From positions 1 through 64,000 of the forward strand of contig MCFE01000166.1 in the NCBI GenBank assembly GCA_002104905.1: a stretch of DNA of 64,000 bases, written 5' to 3'. Below the pieces are notes generated by a model. The model was not told the DNA's origin and searched no databases. It saw nothing but the letters and a program-made list of their open reading frames with translations. Every line of letters begins with the position of its first letter. The first letter of the stretch is position 1. Both the position numbers and the translations under genes were made by a program. The DNA is from Basidiobolus meristosporus CBS 931.73. Lineage: Eukaryota > Fungi > Basidiobolomycota. This document shows, piece after piece, positions 35,361 through 49,479 of the stretch.

Positions 35361-35709
35361 TGTTGTAAGAGTCTTGGAGATATTGGAAGTGATTTAGAGG
35401 ACAAGTAGATTATGTGGTTTTCACTTAATCATTTATTCAAAGTAAAAGTAGTATTTATGCTTTTACATGGTCCTAGCATTGCAAACATGTAGAATAGGCT
35501 AAGGAAGGTCCCAAGAACATGTGTGCAAAGATTGGGGCTGTTTGGACAACTTTGTGAGTTTTCATGTTCAGGATACCTGGTATTGTGGTGAAAATATTCC
35601 AAGTAAATCCCAACAAGGAATTTGGTCAGTATTCTCTAGGATTTGAAGGTAATGATCTAAGTGACTAAGTTAGGGGAATATTTAGGTGGAATTACAAATT
35701 TTTACAAGA
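35361..35709 (-). mobile_element. Solo Copia LTR (349 bp) inserted in RNase H of the same family; TSD AATAT
   Basis: AATAT at 35356-35360 and 35710-35714. The flanks join up like the uninterrupted homologous sequence at ~40505-40600. Confidence 0.85.
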
Positions 35710-36355
35710 AATATGTCAGCAATCATTTCATCTGTAGGTCTGTAAACTAGGTTAACCAGGTTATTCTCTATAGCCACAAATATGAAATGATGTCAAATAT
35801 CTATGTGCTTAGCTCCGGTATGAAAAGTTGGATTTCCACCTAATTATATATATATTCTTGATTATCTTGAAATAAAGTAATAGGCATTTTTGACATAAAT
35901 CTATGTCATTAAGAAACATTCTTAAATTTTGTTGCTTCTTTGTAATAAAGAAAGGTGCATCCTGTAGAGGATCTTCTGTCTTCTAAACTTCATCCCCAAT
36001 CAGCACCAGAGTATCCCACAAGATCTTGATCTGATTCCTCATAGGTGTACCTTATGCAGATATAAGCAGTTCCTTTTAGGTATCCAAAAAGCCACTCAAT
36101 TGCTGCAATATGATCTGATCCATAGTTCTGATTATGCCGGCTTACAACTCCCACAGAGTACAAGATATCTGAACATGTTTGAAGCGTGATATACATCACA
36201 CTGCCAATTATAGACTGGTAAGGGAATTCTGGGTTTTCCAATGGCACCATGCACTCTTGATTTGGTTGAGTGTTGACCAAGTTAAGGCTTGTCTTCATTG
36301 GGGTAACTGCCAGTCAAAGTTTTTCATTTGGTTCTTCTTTAGTCTATCTTGAATA

Positions 36356-36704
36356 TATTGTAATTATTAAGTTGTCACCAAAATATTCATGCTAAATTAG
36401 TCACATAGATCTTATTCCTTGATTAGCATTCTGTCCTGACCAAATTTCTTGTTGGGATTTACTTAGAATATTTTCACAAAATTGTCAGGTACCCATATTA
36501 TTATTTTTCTCAAAGTTATCCAAAAGACCCCAAGCTTTGCACACACATTCTTGGGACCTTTCTTAACAAGCTCTACATGTTTGTTTGCTCTACTTTATCA
36601 AAAGTATAAATACCATACTTTTGATCAATAAATCTACAAGTGAATAACATATAATTCCTCTAGTTCTCCACATCACTTCCAATACTCCTCAGAATATTGC
36701 AACA
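36356..36704 (+). mobile_element. Solo Copia LTR (349 bp), opposite orientation; TSD GAATA
   Basis: GAATA at 36351-36355 and 36705-36709; reverse complement of the family LTR. Confidence 0.82.
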
Positions 36705-37679
36705 GAATATACTTGGATTGGATTAGGGTAAAAGTCAGGGTACTTTTGTCTATGCACAACTTAATCCCTGAGTAGTGACTGAACTCTCCTAGATTTCACA
36801 TCTTGAGTTCCTTAGATAGGCTGGATTTGGTCTCAATCAATATTTCAAGGTTGTTGGTGGCTATAATAAGATTATCCACATATAGAGCTAATAGTGCTGG
36901 ATTTGCTTGATCTGGCTTATTGTAGATACTCTAGTCAGTAGCATTCCTGAAACTCAATGATCCAAAATGTTATTGTTTGAGAACATACAGAAATTTTAAG
37001 CTTACCAACCAAATGGGGGTTATCTTGGTCAGCAAGCCCATCAGGCTGGTCTATGTGCACATCCTCCTCAAGTTCCCCATTCAACAATGCAGCTTGTACA
37101 TCTGTTCAACAAGTAAAAAACAGATATTTGGCTGCAATATTCAGTATTGATCTGATGGAATTAAACTTAGCAACTAGTTCAACATCTCAGTATAGTCAAG
37201 TTCTTTTGTTTGAGAATGTCCTTTGGCCACAATTCTTGATTTGTATCTTTCAACTGTACCATTAGTCTTGTATTTTGTTTTGGCAACCCATCTGCATCCA
37301 ATTGATTGCTGGTTGATAGGTAATTTGATAAGTCCCAAATTTGATCTTCCATTAGGGTTTGATACTCCTCAGTCATTGCCAATCTCCATAGCCTTGTCTG
37401 CAGGCTATACAAGACCTCTTTTACAGTATGGGGCTCATCAATATGTACTGAATAGGCAAACACTAATTATATACCCTCATTAAAATAGTAATTTGAGTTA
37501 TTTCTGGTCCAGTTGGATTTCCAGGCTTGTAATACTGAATGATTACATCTGGAATATTCCTGGATACTGATTCAGGCTGAACCATGGTTTCAGATGTTTC
37601 AAAATGTGTAACTCCACTAAAATACTCACCTAACCTAGCCTCTCAGATTAATTACATTCAATAAATTAATAAGTGAAAG

Positions 37680-38270
37680 CCACATAATACATATGCTCTC
37701 CCAATCAGTTACAATACCTCTAAAACTCTTACAATGCTAAAAACATGCAAGAGGAAGCCTTAAAGTACCAGAAGAAAAATGCAAGTACCTTTAACTGCAT
37801 TTGCCGTAAGGTCTAACACAAATTGTTAGTTCAGTGCTCAAGAGCAAAAACAGCAAAGAATGCCTAGAAGGCATTAGAAGACACATACCAGTCATGTTTA
37901 GCTGCTAAGCAAATGTATTTAGTCAAAAATTCTTTGCTACAAGGATGCTGCCAGGAGAAGAAATGAAAAATCTAGGCAACAGAATTGCCCTGCTGGAGGA
38001 TGATAGGAATTTGTGGGCATACCATCTACTGATGAGAATGTGATAGTTACCATCCTGAATAGCCTGATAGACAGGTTTCAGGGCCTTGTCTCAGCCCTAG
38101 AGTCCAGAACTGAAGATTTGACCATAGAGTACATATATGGAAGGCTCCCAGATGAAGAATTAAGAAAATAAAGCACTAATACAAAGTAAGAAGAAAACGC
38201 TTGATCAGCAATGCTAACCTGCAAAGGAGTTTTTGAAGACCCTTTAAAGGCAACAGTAACCCCTATGAAA
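37680..38270 (+). mobile_element. Copia LTR end plus internally deleted gag remnant
   Basis: ccaatcagttacaatacctctaaaactcttacaatg (LTR end) followed by gag sequence homologous to the reverse complement of 43170-43600. Confidence 0.55.
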
Positions 38271-39229
38271 AATCTCCAACTCGGAATTCATCTGATTTTT
38301 AGCTGGTATTCAGCTGGTATTCTAATGGCATTGTATTGGTATTCAGCTGATGTTTTGAGTTCCAAACTTCAAATGCAGTTTCTGAATGAAGTAATGGGCA
38401 GCTAATTACCAAATATGGCAAGGATGCTAGTTTGCCTAGTCTCCTCCTGGAGAACTTGTTTGCTTGCCTGCCCATCAGCTCAGAACAGAGATAGGAGAGT
38501 TGTCAATTTTGAGAAACTTGGAATTCAGCTGATACTATGATGGTGTTTGGCTGGCCTTTTCTCAGTTCTTTTTCTTAGAGTAACCTTTTTTGCATCTAAT
38601 GCAAAAGGAAAGGAAACACAACAGACTAGTGTTGTAAGAGTCTTGGAGATATTAGAAGTGATTTGGAAGGACAAGTATATTATGTGGTCTTATTTAGTAC
38701 AGATATAAATAGTCTATCTTCAGTTGTTATGGCATTGTGGTGGTGTATAAGTCCAAAGGGCAAAATATGGCCAACACTTCTCAAGTGTGAATGTGTGTGG
38801 GGTGTTTGCTGGGTGCAATAACCTCTGGCAAAAGCTTGCTAGGAATACTGGGTCTTTTGTCTAATCTAATGTGAAGCGGGATAAAGCCTCAAGCATGTCA
38901 AGGGAAAACTATCAAACTACAATCCCCAACTTGGTTGGCATCTTAACAAAAGTTTATACTGGCTTCAATGTCCTTTGAGATGACAGTGTACTAAAGCTTC
39001 CAAAGTCAAAACAACTGTAAACTCCACCAACAGGGACTTGATAAGAATGCAGCTTTGACCAATAGTTACAAAGACTGAAAAGTATCTTTGCCTGTACAAG
39101 AACAAGCTTGGGAAAACAATCAAATATAATAAAATACACCTACTCTGAGAATTCCTCACAAGTAGTGCCTCCAAGGTCAGTTGGCTGTCAGCATGGTCTC
39201 CTGGGAGCATTGTCAGGTCTGAGTCTGAA

Positions 39230-39814
39230 AGTAGTGGTAATAGGTAGCGGTGATCTCACTAATTAATAAGTCAGAATATTGGATGAGGGACCATTTATTT
39301 TTAAGGGACAGCCTCCCTTATATACTTTTTGCTGCTCATATTCTTTTTTGGAAATACTTTCCAGAAGTTTCCAGAAGGTAGTAGACAGCCAATTATGTCA
39401 TTGTGTACTAAAAATAGCACAAATTCTTGGCAGATTGCTCCATGAGACATACTAGCAACTAGCCAATCAGATAGTGGTAATATGAAACCTCTGAGTCATG
39501 TAGTTTCCTCATATGGTAGTAGGATAGGAGGGTTATGAAACCAGGGTGGTCACATGACATAGGAACTGTTGGGGGTAATTGCCTTATATGGCAACTATCT
39601 TATCTTGGCATCTTGGCAAGGAATAGGAAAAGCTTGTGCAATGGGTTAATAGTGACAAATAGTTTGGCAGGTACATAGTAATAATCACATAGACAGATAG
39701 AAAATATTGCATTTGGGATGATACTAATATAGGGGGGAGGGTAATCCATTTTAGGGAAGTGAACATATGGGAATGAGCACATCTGCCTGTGGGTGTCACT
39801 GTGACCCCACTACA
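39230..39814 (-). mobile_element. Probable LTR of a different family inserted into a Copia gag start
   Basis: The minus strand begins TGTAGTGG immediately after gag codons KTKMEML and ends CCACTACT (near-inverted termini). Internal TATAAGGG near 39316-39323. Confidence 0.4.
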
Positions 39815-39919
39815 GCATTTCCATCTTTGTCTTCCACACTTAGTAGTTAAATCCATCCAACTTTTCAGCAGAGGGACAAATTCCAGTAATAGCAGTATTA
39901 GACCCTGCAGAGAGTGACA

Positions 39920-40286
39920 GCTTGGGGCTCATAACCTGTTGTAATAGTCTTGGAGATATTGGAAGTGAGTTGTGAGGACAAGTAGATTATGTGGTTTACA
40001 CTTAACAATTTATTGAATGTAAAAGTAGTATTTATAGTTTTACATGGCCTTGGCATACCACACACATAGAATAGGTTATGGAAGGTCCCAAGAGCATGTG
40101 TGCAAAGATTGGGGCTATATGGACAACTTTGAGATTTTTCATGCTCTGGGTATCTGGTATTTTGGTGAAAATATTCTAAGTAAATCCCAACAAAGAATTC
40201 GGTCAGTATTCTCTAGGATTTGAAGGTAATGATCTAAGTGACTAAGGTAGGTGAATATTTAGGTGGAATTACAAATTTTTACAACA
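39920..40286 (-). mobile_element. Copia 5' LTR (39937-40286) with PBS GGTTATGAGCCCCAAGC (39936-39920)
   Basis: TG..CA LTR with the PBS directly abutting it, then the gag start LDGFNY*VWKTKMEML. Confidence 0.85.
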
Positions 40287-40479
40287 TTAAAGATGTTGAT
40301 TGAAAAACCTACCAAGATTCATACAGTGCCTCACACACCCTGGTCATTTAGGCCTTACCCACTGCCCAGAGCACTCCAAGTCAATGAGCATGACCTACCC
40401 AAGAAGAAGACTGAAGCTGGTGTGCCAGAGTTTTGTCATGGACCTCATGCCAATAGATGGGTTGTGACCTAAAAGATGA

Positions 40480-43400
40480 ATGGAAAGCTTTGGTTCATAC
40501 AAGACATGCAACAAGTCCTAAGTTTGACCTAAGATATTCAAATTTTGCTATAGCTGGTGGTTTGGTAAATATGTCTATAGTCATTTTTTTGGAAGGACAG
40601 TAAACTATGTTAATGAAGCTATTCTCTATAGCTTCATGTATGAAGTGATGTGCTTAGTTCTAGTATGAAAAGTTGGATTCCTTCCTAATGGTTTACATCA
40701 ATGATTATCTTCAAATAAAGTAATAGGAGTATCTTGACATAATCCAAAATCTTTAAGAAGCTCTCATAGCCACATAGCTTCATTTGGGGTTCTACTGGCT
40801 ACCATATACTCTTAACTGCTGCAATGTGATCAGATCCATAGTTCTGATTATGCTGGCTGACTACTACCACTAAATTTTAGATATCTGGATGTGTTCCAAG
40901 CATGATATACACTGAAATATTGATCATATATTGATATGGAAAGCCAGGGTTTTCAATTGATACCAAGCTCTCTTGACTTGGTTGGTTTCTAACACAGGTA
41001 AGGTCAATCTCCATTGGGTAGCTCTTAGTTTACAGTCTTTTACTGGAGACCTTATAAAAATGTTTAAGCTTGAAGTCCAAATGGGGGTTATCATAGTCAA
41101 CAAACTCATAAGGCTGGTCCATACACACATCCTCAATCAAGTTCACTGTTCAAAAATGAAGATATTACATCTCCTTGATATCTTGCTTTGTAACCTTTTA
41201 CTGTACCATCAGCCTTATATTTTGTCTTAAGGACCCATCTGCATCCTGTTAATATTTGGTTGACTAATATTTTGATTAAGTCCCAAGCTTGATTTCCCAT
41301 CAGGGCCTCATACTTCTCAATCATTGCTGATCTCCAAGACTTAGTCTAGGGGCTATTTAAGGTCTCTTTTACAGTGTGGGTCTTGCCAATATGCATTGAA
41401 AAGGTATGGGCTAAGTGTATACCTTCATTGATGTAGTAATTTGGGCTTATTCTGGTTTGGTTGGATCTCCTGGCTTTTGATATTAAAATAAGCATTTCCG
41501 GGATATTGCTGGGGACTGATTCAGGCTGACTCAAGCTATGCAATTCTCCAGAGTGAAAATATTCTCATTATTTTGCATTGATTCAATCCTGGCTATTGGT
41601 AACCTCAGATCTGATATTTGTTATGACTGATGTTGTTGTCTAAAGAAATTTTGAATTTTCATCAAACAGCAAATCCCTGGACTTGCTTAGCTTCATTGCT
41701 CTGTTATTTTAGAGTCTGTATGCCTTACTCTGATTGCTGTAGCCCAAAAATATGCATTCTACACTTTTTGGCTGAAGTTTTGACTGATTTCTAGGCCCTT
41801 CCTTGGCATATGCTACACACCCAAATATTCTTAGATGTTCTGCACTTGGTCTGTATCCATACCATGACTGAAGTGGAGTAGAATCACAAGGTATTCTGTC
41901 ATAACTTGTATTTCTAAGGAATACAGCTCTAGTAACTGATTCTGCCAAAAAACTATAGGAAAATCATGGATCATGGGTCATAGATCTTGCCATATCAGCT
42001 GTTGAGCTGTTTACATGTTCTGCCACTCCATTATGCTGTGGGAGGTAGGGTACCATAGTCTCTTGCTTTATCCCATGAAATCCCTAGGAGTAAATGATAT
42101 TTTTTGAGATATAATTCCACCATTGTTGGAGTGTATTTTCTTGATTTATTCACCAGTTTCTCTCTCCACCGTAGCTTTAAACTCCCTGAGCTTAGACAGC
42201 GCTTTTTCCTCTCTCACCATGAAGTATACCCATATGCATCTTGTATAATCAACAATATAAGTGATTAAATACTTGATCCTGCCCAAGTATAAATTTTGCA
42301 TAGGTCCACACAGATCTGAGTGAACTGGATCTAATTTTTTCTTAGTTTTCATTAATCCTGAGCCCTTGAACAATTTGTTGGCTTATTGCCCATATACAGA
42401 AGCTTCACAGTGTCTCAAATTAGCTGGGGGATAAATTTTTACTCTGTAAATTAGCCAATCTTTGATCATTTTGCATAAATAATCAGATTGACGTGTCCAA
42501 ATCATCTGTGACAATACATTGGAGTTTCTCACTTTCATTACTTGCATTGATTTCCAGATTTGATGGAATATTAGTCAACTTGTACATATTCTGATCTCCA
42601 AAACCTAAAGAAATATGGGCACCATCATGATCAGTGATTCTCATCCAGAATAGTCAATGCTCAGGCTGAGTCCTTCCACTACGGCTATACTCACAGAGTG
42701 CAGGTGGTTATCTATTTGTGGTACATAGAGTACTGCTTTGAAGGGAAGTGTGTGGCTTTGTTCACTGCTTCTAAGGTTTACTTGGGTAGTTCCTTCTCCC
42801 ACTGCATAAAGTGCTCCATTTTCACCCATAAGCACCTCCTTAGTTAGAATATCTTCATTTTTGGTAAAAGTAATGTTTGATATGTATAGTATTGAGATGC
42901 TCCAGAGTTAACAAACAACATTAAAGAGTCAATGTCTTTGGTCATATTCAGTGCAGATATGAATATTTTATCTTCAGATGTTGCAGTATTTTCATATTCA
43001 GGTTTTTTCTGCTTGGTATGTCTCTTTTAGAGACACTGGTCTGATGTGTGTCCTTTCCTTTGACAGTAGTTGCAAAACAGGTTGCTATTGCCTTTAAAGT
43101 GTCTTAAATGCCTCTTTTGCTGGTTATCATTGCTTATTCAAGTATTTACATCTTCCTTTGTGTAAGTGCATGATTATCTTGATTCTTCATCTAGGAGCCT
43201 TCCATATGCATGGTTTAAGGTCAAATCCTTGGTTCTGAGCTCTAGGGCATCTACAAGGCCCTGCAGCTGGTCTATCATGCTATTCAGGTTGGTTACCATC
43301 ATATTCTCATCAGTGACTGGTAAACCCACAGATTGTATCATATCCACCAATAGAGTAATTCTGTAATTAGATTTTCCATTTCTTTTCCTGTCAGCATCCT

Positions 43401-44124
43401 GTAATAAGGATTTTTTTGTCTAGGTTACATTTTCTCAACTGCTGAACATCAGTGGGAGGTGTCTTCTAATGCCTTCAAGGCATTTTTTGCTGTTTCTGCT
43501 CTTGAGGATTGAACTAGCAATTTGTCATTGACCTTAAGGCAAATGCAGATAAAGGCACTTGTCCCTTCTTCTGGTACTTTAAGGCTACCTCTTGCACACT
43601 TTTAGTAGGGCATTCTTCTCCCATGACAATATCCCAAAGGCATCTTTCTTGTAGCAGCATCCTTGTCTTCACCTTCCTCACTTGGTAGATGGACCCAGCC
43701 ATCTATTCAGCAGACAGAAATATTCCAGTATTAGCAGTAGTAGATACTGCAGAGAGTGACAGCTTGGGGCTCATCACCTGTTTAGCAAGTATTGGAAATA
43801 TTGGAAGTGATTGGGAGGACAAGTAGAATATGTAGCTCTCACATACAATTTATTGAATGTCAAAGTAGTATTTATGCCTTTACATGGTTTTGGTATAGCA
43901 GCCATGAGCAATACATTCAGGAAGTTCCCAAGAACATGTGTGCAAAGGTTGAGGCTATTTGGACAAGTTCAGGAAACTCATGTTCTAGGAACCTGATATT
44001 TTGGTGAGAATAGTCCAAGTAAGTCCAACAAGGAACTTGGACAGTATTCTTCAGGATTGGTAGGTTGTGATCCAAGTGAATAAGTTAGGTGAATATTTAG
44101 ATGGGATTACATATTTTTATAACA
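40480..44124 (-). mobile_element. Degenerate Copia element: 5' LTR 43779-44124, PBS 43762-43778, gag, protease, integrase, truncated RT/RNase H; 3' LTR missing
   Basis: Domain order gag (CLWDIVMGEE), PR (GEGTTQV..VLYVP), IN (VHSDLCGPMQ; HLRIFGCVAY..SKLQPKSVECIFLGYS), RT (GCRWVLKTKYKADGTVKGYKAR). Many stops. Confidence 0.85.
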
Positions 44125-45699
44125 CCAATGCACATCAAATTGGTGCAATGCACCCTGCTCAAGGGTATTAGTGCAGATTGGACAGACATGAGCTGGTGCA
44201 TTAGCATTGCAGGGCCTGGTAATGAATCTTGCAAGGGAGCTGCTGCAATCTGGTTGCTGTTTACTGCAGTATGTCTTCTTCCTCTTAGAGCTCACCTTCA
44301 GATTCCTTAAGTTATTCACTTACCCCCTATCTGATACTTTGGAGCTGCTGCCTTAATGGGTTGCACTTGGAAGCCACTTAACTCTAATAGTATATCAAGT
44401 AGTAGATAATTCATCTGAGGCAAAAGCTCATTTAATATGTTCCTGGTTCCCAAAGCTGAGGTGCAAGCTGACACATCTGGCTCATACTGCATATATTGCA
44501 CATGGGATTGTTTCCTTATCAAATCCCCTCACTTTCAGCTCATTCTTGATTTCTATACTTGTCTTACTATATTTCTTCTTACATACATCTGCTGGCATCT
44601 TGATGTAAAACTTGTACCACAGCTCTCTACTCAAACTCTTCTATCTCTGTCAAGTCTCCAAGGCACCCAGCTCTGCTATATATATTACTATTATGAAGCA
44701 ATTATCCATATTTTATCCTGTCAGTATTATCCCATTCTACCTTGCCCATATAATCAGTATTATTGCCATATGATGTTTACTCTGATTAGTTATTAGCATT
44801 AGTTATACCAGATACTATTAGGCTTTGTAATCAGTGTTTGTATATACATTAGGCAAGTACTAATGTCAGGACCCATGACATATAGGCCAAATCCATGTTA
44901 TTATCCCTTCATTTTCAATACTGTTTATGGTATCTCCATGTTACACAGGTTTCAGACAACTGATCTTTGATTAGTTGAATGTGCTTAGCATTTTGCTACC
45001 TTTGAGGACCTTCTTTGAGTATTTTTAGCTCTTAGCAATGCCATCCAGAATTCCACTGATGCCAGGAATCTTCTAGAGCGTTGTCATCAGTAGTGACTGG
45101 GCAATCTGGAAAAGTATTTAAGGGAAGCCAATCTCCCATAATAAATCATCCCCTCTATCAGTAACACTTCTCCCTTATTGATTATCAGTTCATCACTGCA
45201 TTTACCTTCAACAGTTCCACCTCAAAACTGCCATCAAAGAGCTTTTCAGGGTAGTGCGCAAGACACACAGAGGCCTTTGGAAACACTTGGGATATATTGA
45301 CAATGACACCAGCAGCTTAGGCCCAGATGTTACTGCATCCAGCAGACACCTCACACACCTTGAGTTGTGTAGTTTCTCCCAGGAGTATCTCTACACCACC
45401 ACAATAGAACAAGTTTAATATATATAAAGACTAATGTGTTTGTTGAACATTCCATGTGCTATTATATGATGCATCCTGGGTTACCAACATAGATAAAATT
45501 GCATCAGTTGCAGATTTCCTGTTGATTATAGACTTGTGAGTAACTCAATAATATAATCACCAAGTCACTGTTTGGTGATGATATTTGCAACAGAATGATG
45601 GGATACATGGCAATTGCTGAAGATTTAATCATAATGTGCAAAAAATCAGATAAATTAAGCTGATTGTACCGAATCAACTGATGGCACCTCTACTGGATC

Positions 45700-46560
45700 A
45701 CATACCAATTTTGATATGACTTACTCATCTGAATGGTCTTTTCTCATCAACCCAATCACTCCCACCAGATTCCCTTTTGACACATTGGAGGAGATCTGTA
45801 CCATGCACTCTGGATCATCTACCATGATCCACTCAAGGAGAACACTTGTTAAGCTTCTCTTCAATTACAAGAAGTATTGCCCTGCAAGGGTTCATCCCAC
45901 CATATATGGTACCAAAAGTCCCAGAAGATTTCACTCCTAGCTGACAACAATATAGAACTACCTTGCAGCTGGTATAAATGACTCAGAACAGTCTTGAAGT
46001 GCTATGTACTGAGGCTCCAATAAACTTTCATATCCTTGAGTATTCAGCAACAGGTTCCATATTGGGAGTATTTTGGATACCTTCCCAGTAAGGATTATCA
46101 GACCTTTTAGAGGGTAGAGATACTATTACTCTAGAAATGCAAGGCACACTGAGTGAAGTTTCCAGCACTGTTGGACATAGCATGTAATGTCATCTAGCTT
46201 AGTTAGTCATATTCTGGAAGTAGGCATGACAAAGCACTCTGGGTAGAGAATCATCCAGAATTCAGAAGAGGACAGAAATGTATGGCAGACTTGGCTTGTA
46301 TAGGAGAGGATTGTCAGAGATTTGGATGTATTAAAGCTTGTAGGAAGCCAGGGAACAGCATGTGTGGAAGGAAGCCAAAGCTATTCAATGGGATCTTTCA
46401 TTGTTTCAGAGTTAGGGTGAAGCATATATTTGGTTATCAAGAGAGATTTGGCATATTGGCAGGTAAATACAGAGGAAAGTCATATATAGGAGAAGACAGC
46501 AGAATAGGTGAGATAGTCAAAATACTTATAAAAGCACATTTAATCATTTAAGATGACATC
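45700..46560 (+). mobile_element. PIF/Harbinger-like DDE transposase remnant
   Basis: KAH*VKF (cf. H.LKFQ), SYSGSRHDKALW (cf. G.RHD..L), and FNGIFHCFRVRVKHIFGYQERFGIL (cf. FN..S..RV.VE..FG.LK.RF.IL). Confidence 0.7.
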
Positions 46561-46679
46561 CACTGAGAGATATCTGTCCAGAGCCTGATGATGTGTAAAT
46601 AAAGAAAGAAATGCATGATTCTGAGCAACATAAGCAAGATTAAATAAAGTTATCAGTAACCTGAACCCACCACTGGCAT

Positions 46680-47809
46680 CAAAGTAGATATTATGGTGCC
46701 CAATTGTGCTTTAGCGTGCTGGATCAATACAATCTGCTGTGTGTCCTTTCCTATTGCAGTAGTTTTAAGGCAGGTTACTGTTGCCTTTAGAGTATCTTGA
46801 GTACCTTCTTTGTTGATGATTATTGCTCATTAAAGCATTTTCTGCTTCCTTCATATTGGTGCTAACTTTCTTAATTCTTCATCCAGGAGCATTTCATGTA
46901 AGTGATTTAGGGTCAAAGTTTGAGTTCTGGACTCTATGAAATATACCAGGCCCTAAAACTTACTTTTCTGGTTATTCAAGATGATAAGACTCACATCTTT
47001 TCTGTAGCTGGTATGCTCACAGATTTCATGCCATCAGCCAACAGTTTGACTCTGCTGATTAGATCTTTTGTTGCTTCACCTGGCAACATCTGTTCAGTAA
47101 AGAATGGTTGTCTAAGATACACTTGTAACTGAGCATGACTGCTGGTGTCTTCTAATGCCCTCCAGGCATTCTCTACTTTTTTGCTCTTGAGTATTGAGTT
47201 AACAATTTGACTTCAGCATTAAGGCAAATGCAGTTAAAGGCATTTGCTATTTCCTCTGGTACTCTGAGGCTACCTATTTCACCCTGTTTGGATGGCATTC
47301 ATCTCCCATGCAAATATCTCAAAGTCCTCTTTCTTGTAGCAGCATCTTCATCTTCAACATCCACACTTGGTAGTTAGACCCATCCAGCTCTTCAGCAGAG
47401 GAAAATATTCCAGTAATAGCAGTAGTAGACATTGCAGAGAGTGATAGCTTGGGGCTCATCACCTGTTGTAAGAGTATTGGAAATATTGGAAGTGTTTAGG
47501 AGGATAGTAGATCAAGTGGCTTTCACTTGGCAATTTATTGAATGTAAAAGTAGTATTTGTACCTTTACATCATCTTGGCCTAGCAGCCACAGAGAATACA
47601 TTTAGGAAGCTCCCAGAATCATGTGCCCAAAGTCTGAGGCTGCTTGGACAACTTTGAGAATTCTCATGTTCTAGGCACCTGATATTTTGGTGAAATTACT
47701 CAAGGTAAACCCCAACAAAGAATTTGATCATTAATCTGTATGCTTTGTAGATAATGATCTAGGAGACTAAATTAGGGAAATATCAGGTAGAATCACAAGC
47801 TTTACAACA
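46680..47809 (-). mobile_element. Copia 5' LTR (47464-47809), PBS (47447-47463) and gag remnant
   Basis: Family LTR, GGTGATGAGCCCCAAGC PBS, and gag homologous to 43000-43760. Confidence 0.8.
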
Positions 47810-47812
47810 CGA

Positions 47813-48470
47813 CTTAATGATTCATTTAATGGAAAAGTAGCATTTATATTTTTATATGGTCTTAGCAAAGAACACAGGGAGTATGCTCAGAAAGGTCCTA
47901 GTTGCATGTGACAAAAGCTTAGGGTTGTCTGGACAGCCTTGTCAAATTCCATGTCCTGGACACCTGATATTTTAGTGAAAGATTCCAAGTCTATTGTCTA
48001 AAAGGATATAATTGGAATTTTCTAAGACTTGTGGGCAGTGCTTGAAGTGACCAGGTTAGGTGGATAGTTTGGTCAAACTCAAGATTTTCAATACAAAGGA
48101 GGTACCTTGGACCTTTTAAACTCAACAGCAACCATTCTAGTTGCAAATGAAAAAGGAAAGTATATACATCAAACTAACTCTTCAGAAGGCAAGATAATCA
48201 GAAGAAAGAGCACTCATATGGATATGATGTGATCCACACCCATAGCATTGCAAATTTTGCAGGAGTGCCTTAGTATTCTCTTTACTTAGTTACTTGGGTT
48301 GCAGTTTACAGCCTGTATAGGGCTCTGATCATATTCCTGGTGGGATTGACTTGAAATATTCTCACCAAAGCTTCAGGTATCCAGAGAATCTAGTTGTATA
48401 GTGTTGTATAGCAGCTCTCAATCTGCACACATGTTTTTGGGACCTTGCTACATATGTTTAATGGGCTTGT
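47813..48470. mobile_element. Two further partial Copia LTR copies (~47813-48095 and ~48320-48470, opposite orientations)
   Basis: Family motifs aaagtagcatttatatttttatatgg..cctgatattttagtgaaa and the reverse-complement gcacacatgtttttgggacc. Confidence 0.6.
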
Positions 48471-49479
48471 TTTGCCAAGACCAGTAAGAGTATAAGAACC
48501 ACTTTTACACTCAATGAGTCATAAAGTTAACACTACCCATCCTACTGGTTTTCCCATTTACTTGTGTTATCTACAAAGCACTTACAATACATTGACTTGG
48601 AGTAAATGCACTCAACTCAACCACAAAAAAAGAGTCTCAACTGTGGAATATTGTCTCTGCAGCCTTCCTGCACTCTTTACATCAACAGAACTTTTTACCT
48701 GAGATCACCAAAATGCAGCTGAGAAGGTTTTCATGGGAGATGACAAAATACTTCATGCAGTTAGATATGGAGCTATCAAAATACGCATCCAGAAGTAATA
48801 AAGGGAGCCAAATGCTAACCCTCCAAGAAGTAATCTACATATCAGAAATAGTTAAGGATCTATTATCTCTAAGCAAGGACACCGCAAAAAGACTTAGTTT
48901 TAGTTTTCAGAATTCTGGTTGTAGATTCCTAATTAAAATGGTACTCTTGTTGCCTCAGGTATTATTTTTTAGACTACATACAAGCTCACTTATGCTCCTT
49001 CATATTGGGAAACTAGCAACAGTAACCTATATATGGAAACACCAATGCTTTGAAGCAGGATATATGTACACACTGATGCTTTTTATTCAAGCAAAACAAG
49101 AAATTATCAGTGCATTTCCAGAATAAGCATTCATTCTCCAGCTAAATGTCAGCACAGCAAAGTTTGTAGATATTGGAAATAAGCCACAGATCAGTCCAAA
49201 GGCATGGGGTAATCAAGCCTAAGTAAAACAAGATCTGATTTACTCAGGTCTATCTGAGCCTAGGCAAACTTACACTTGAGGAGAAAGAAGCATACAATTG
49301 CATGTATTGGTACCTATACAAAATACAATGATCATATTCCTAGAGAAGGAAGCTCTGTCAAAGCTCAGGGAGCATATAGCTATATTGAAGAGTGAAACTG
49401 GTGGGATAATAAAGCAAGTGCAACCTAATACTGATAGATAATAGAGCACAATACTTTTAGACCATCTCAGCAAAATATA

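Larger units (their letters stand above)
34922..37620 (-). mobile_element. 3' part of a Copia element: RT and RNase H remnants, PPT and 3' LTR (34922-35271)
   Basis: RT fragments (AMTEEYQTLMEDQIWDL; FPYQSIIGSVMY..DILYSVGVVSRH; LVGYSGADW). The ~350-bp LTR is preceded on the minus strand by a GGGAG PPT remnant at 35272-35276. Confidence 0.8.

Noticed and set aside
34922-48470. Regularly recurring ~350-bp repeats as a satellite or CRISPR-like array
   Set aside because: They are LTRs (TG..CA ends, PBS, PPT, TSDs) in a eukaryotic context; no CRISPR, rRNA or tRNA gene was recognised in the window.
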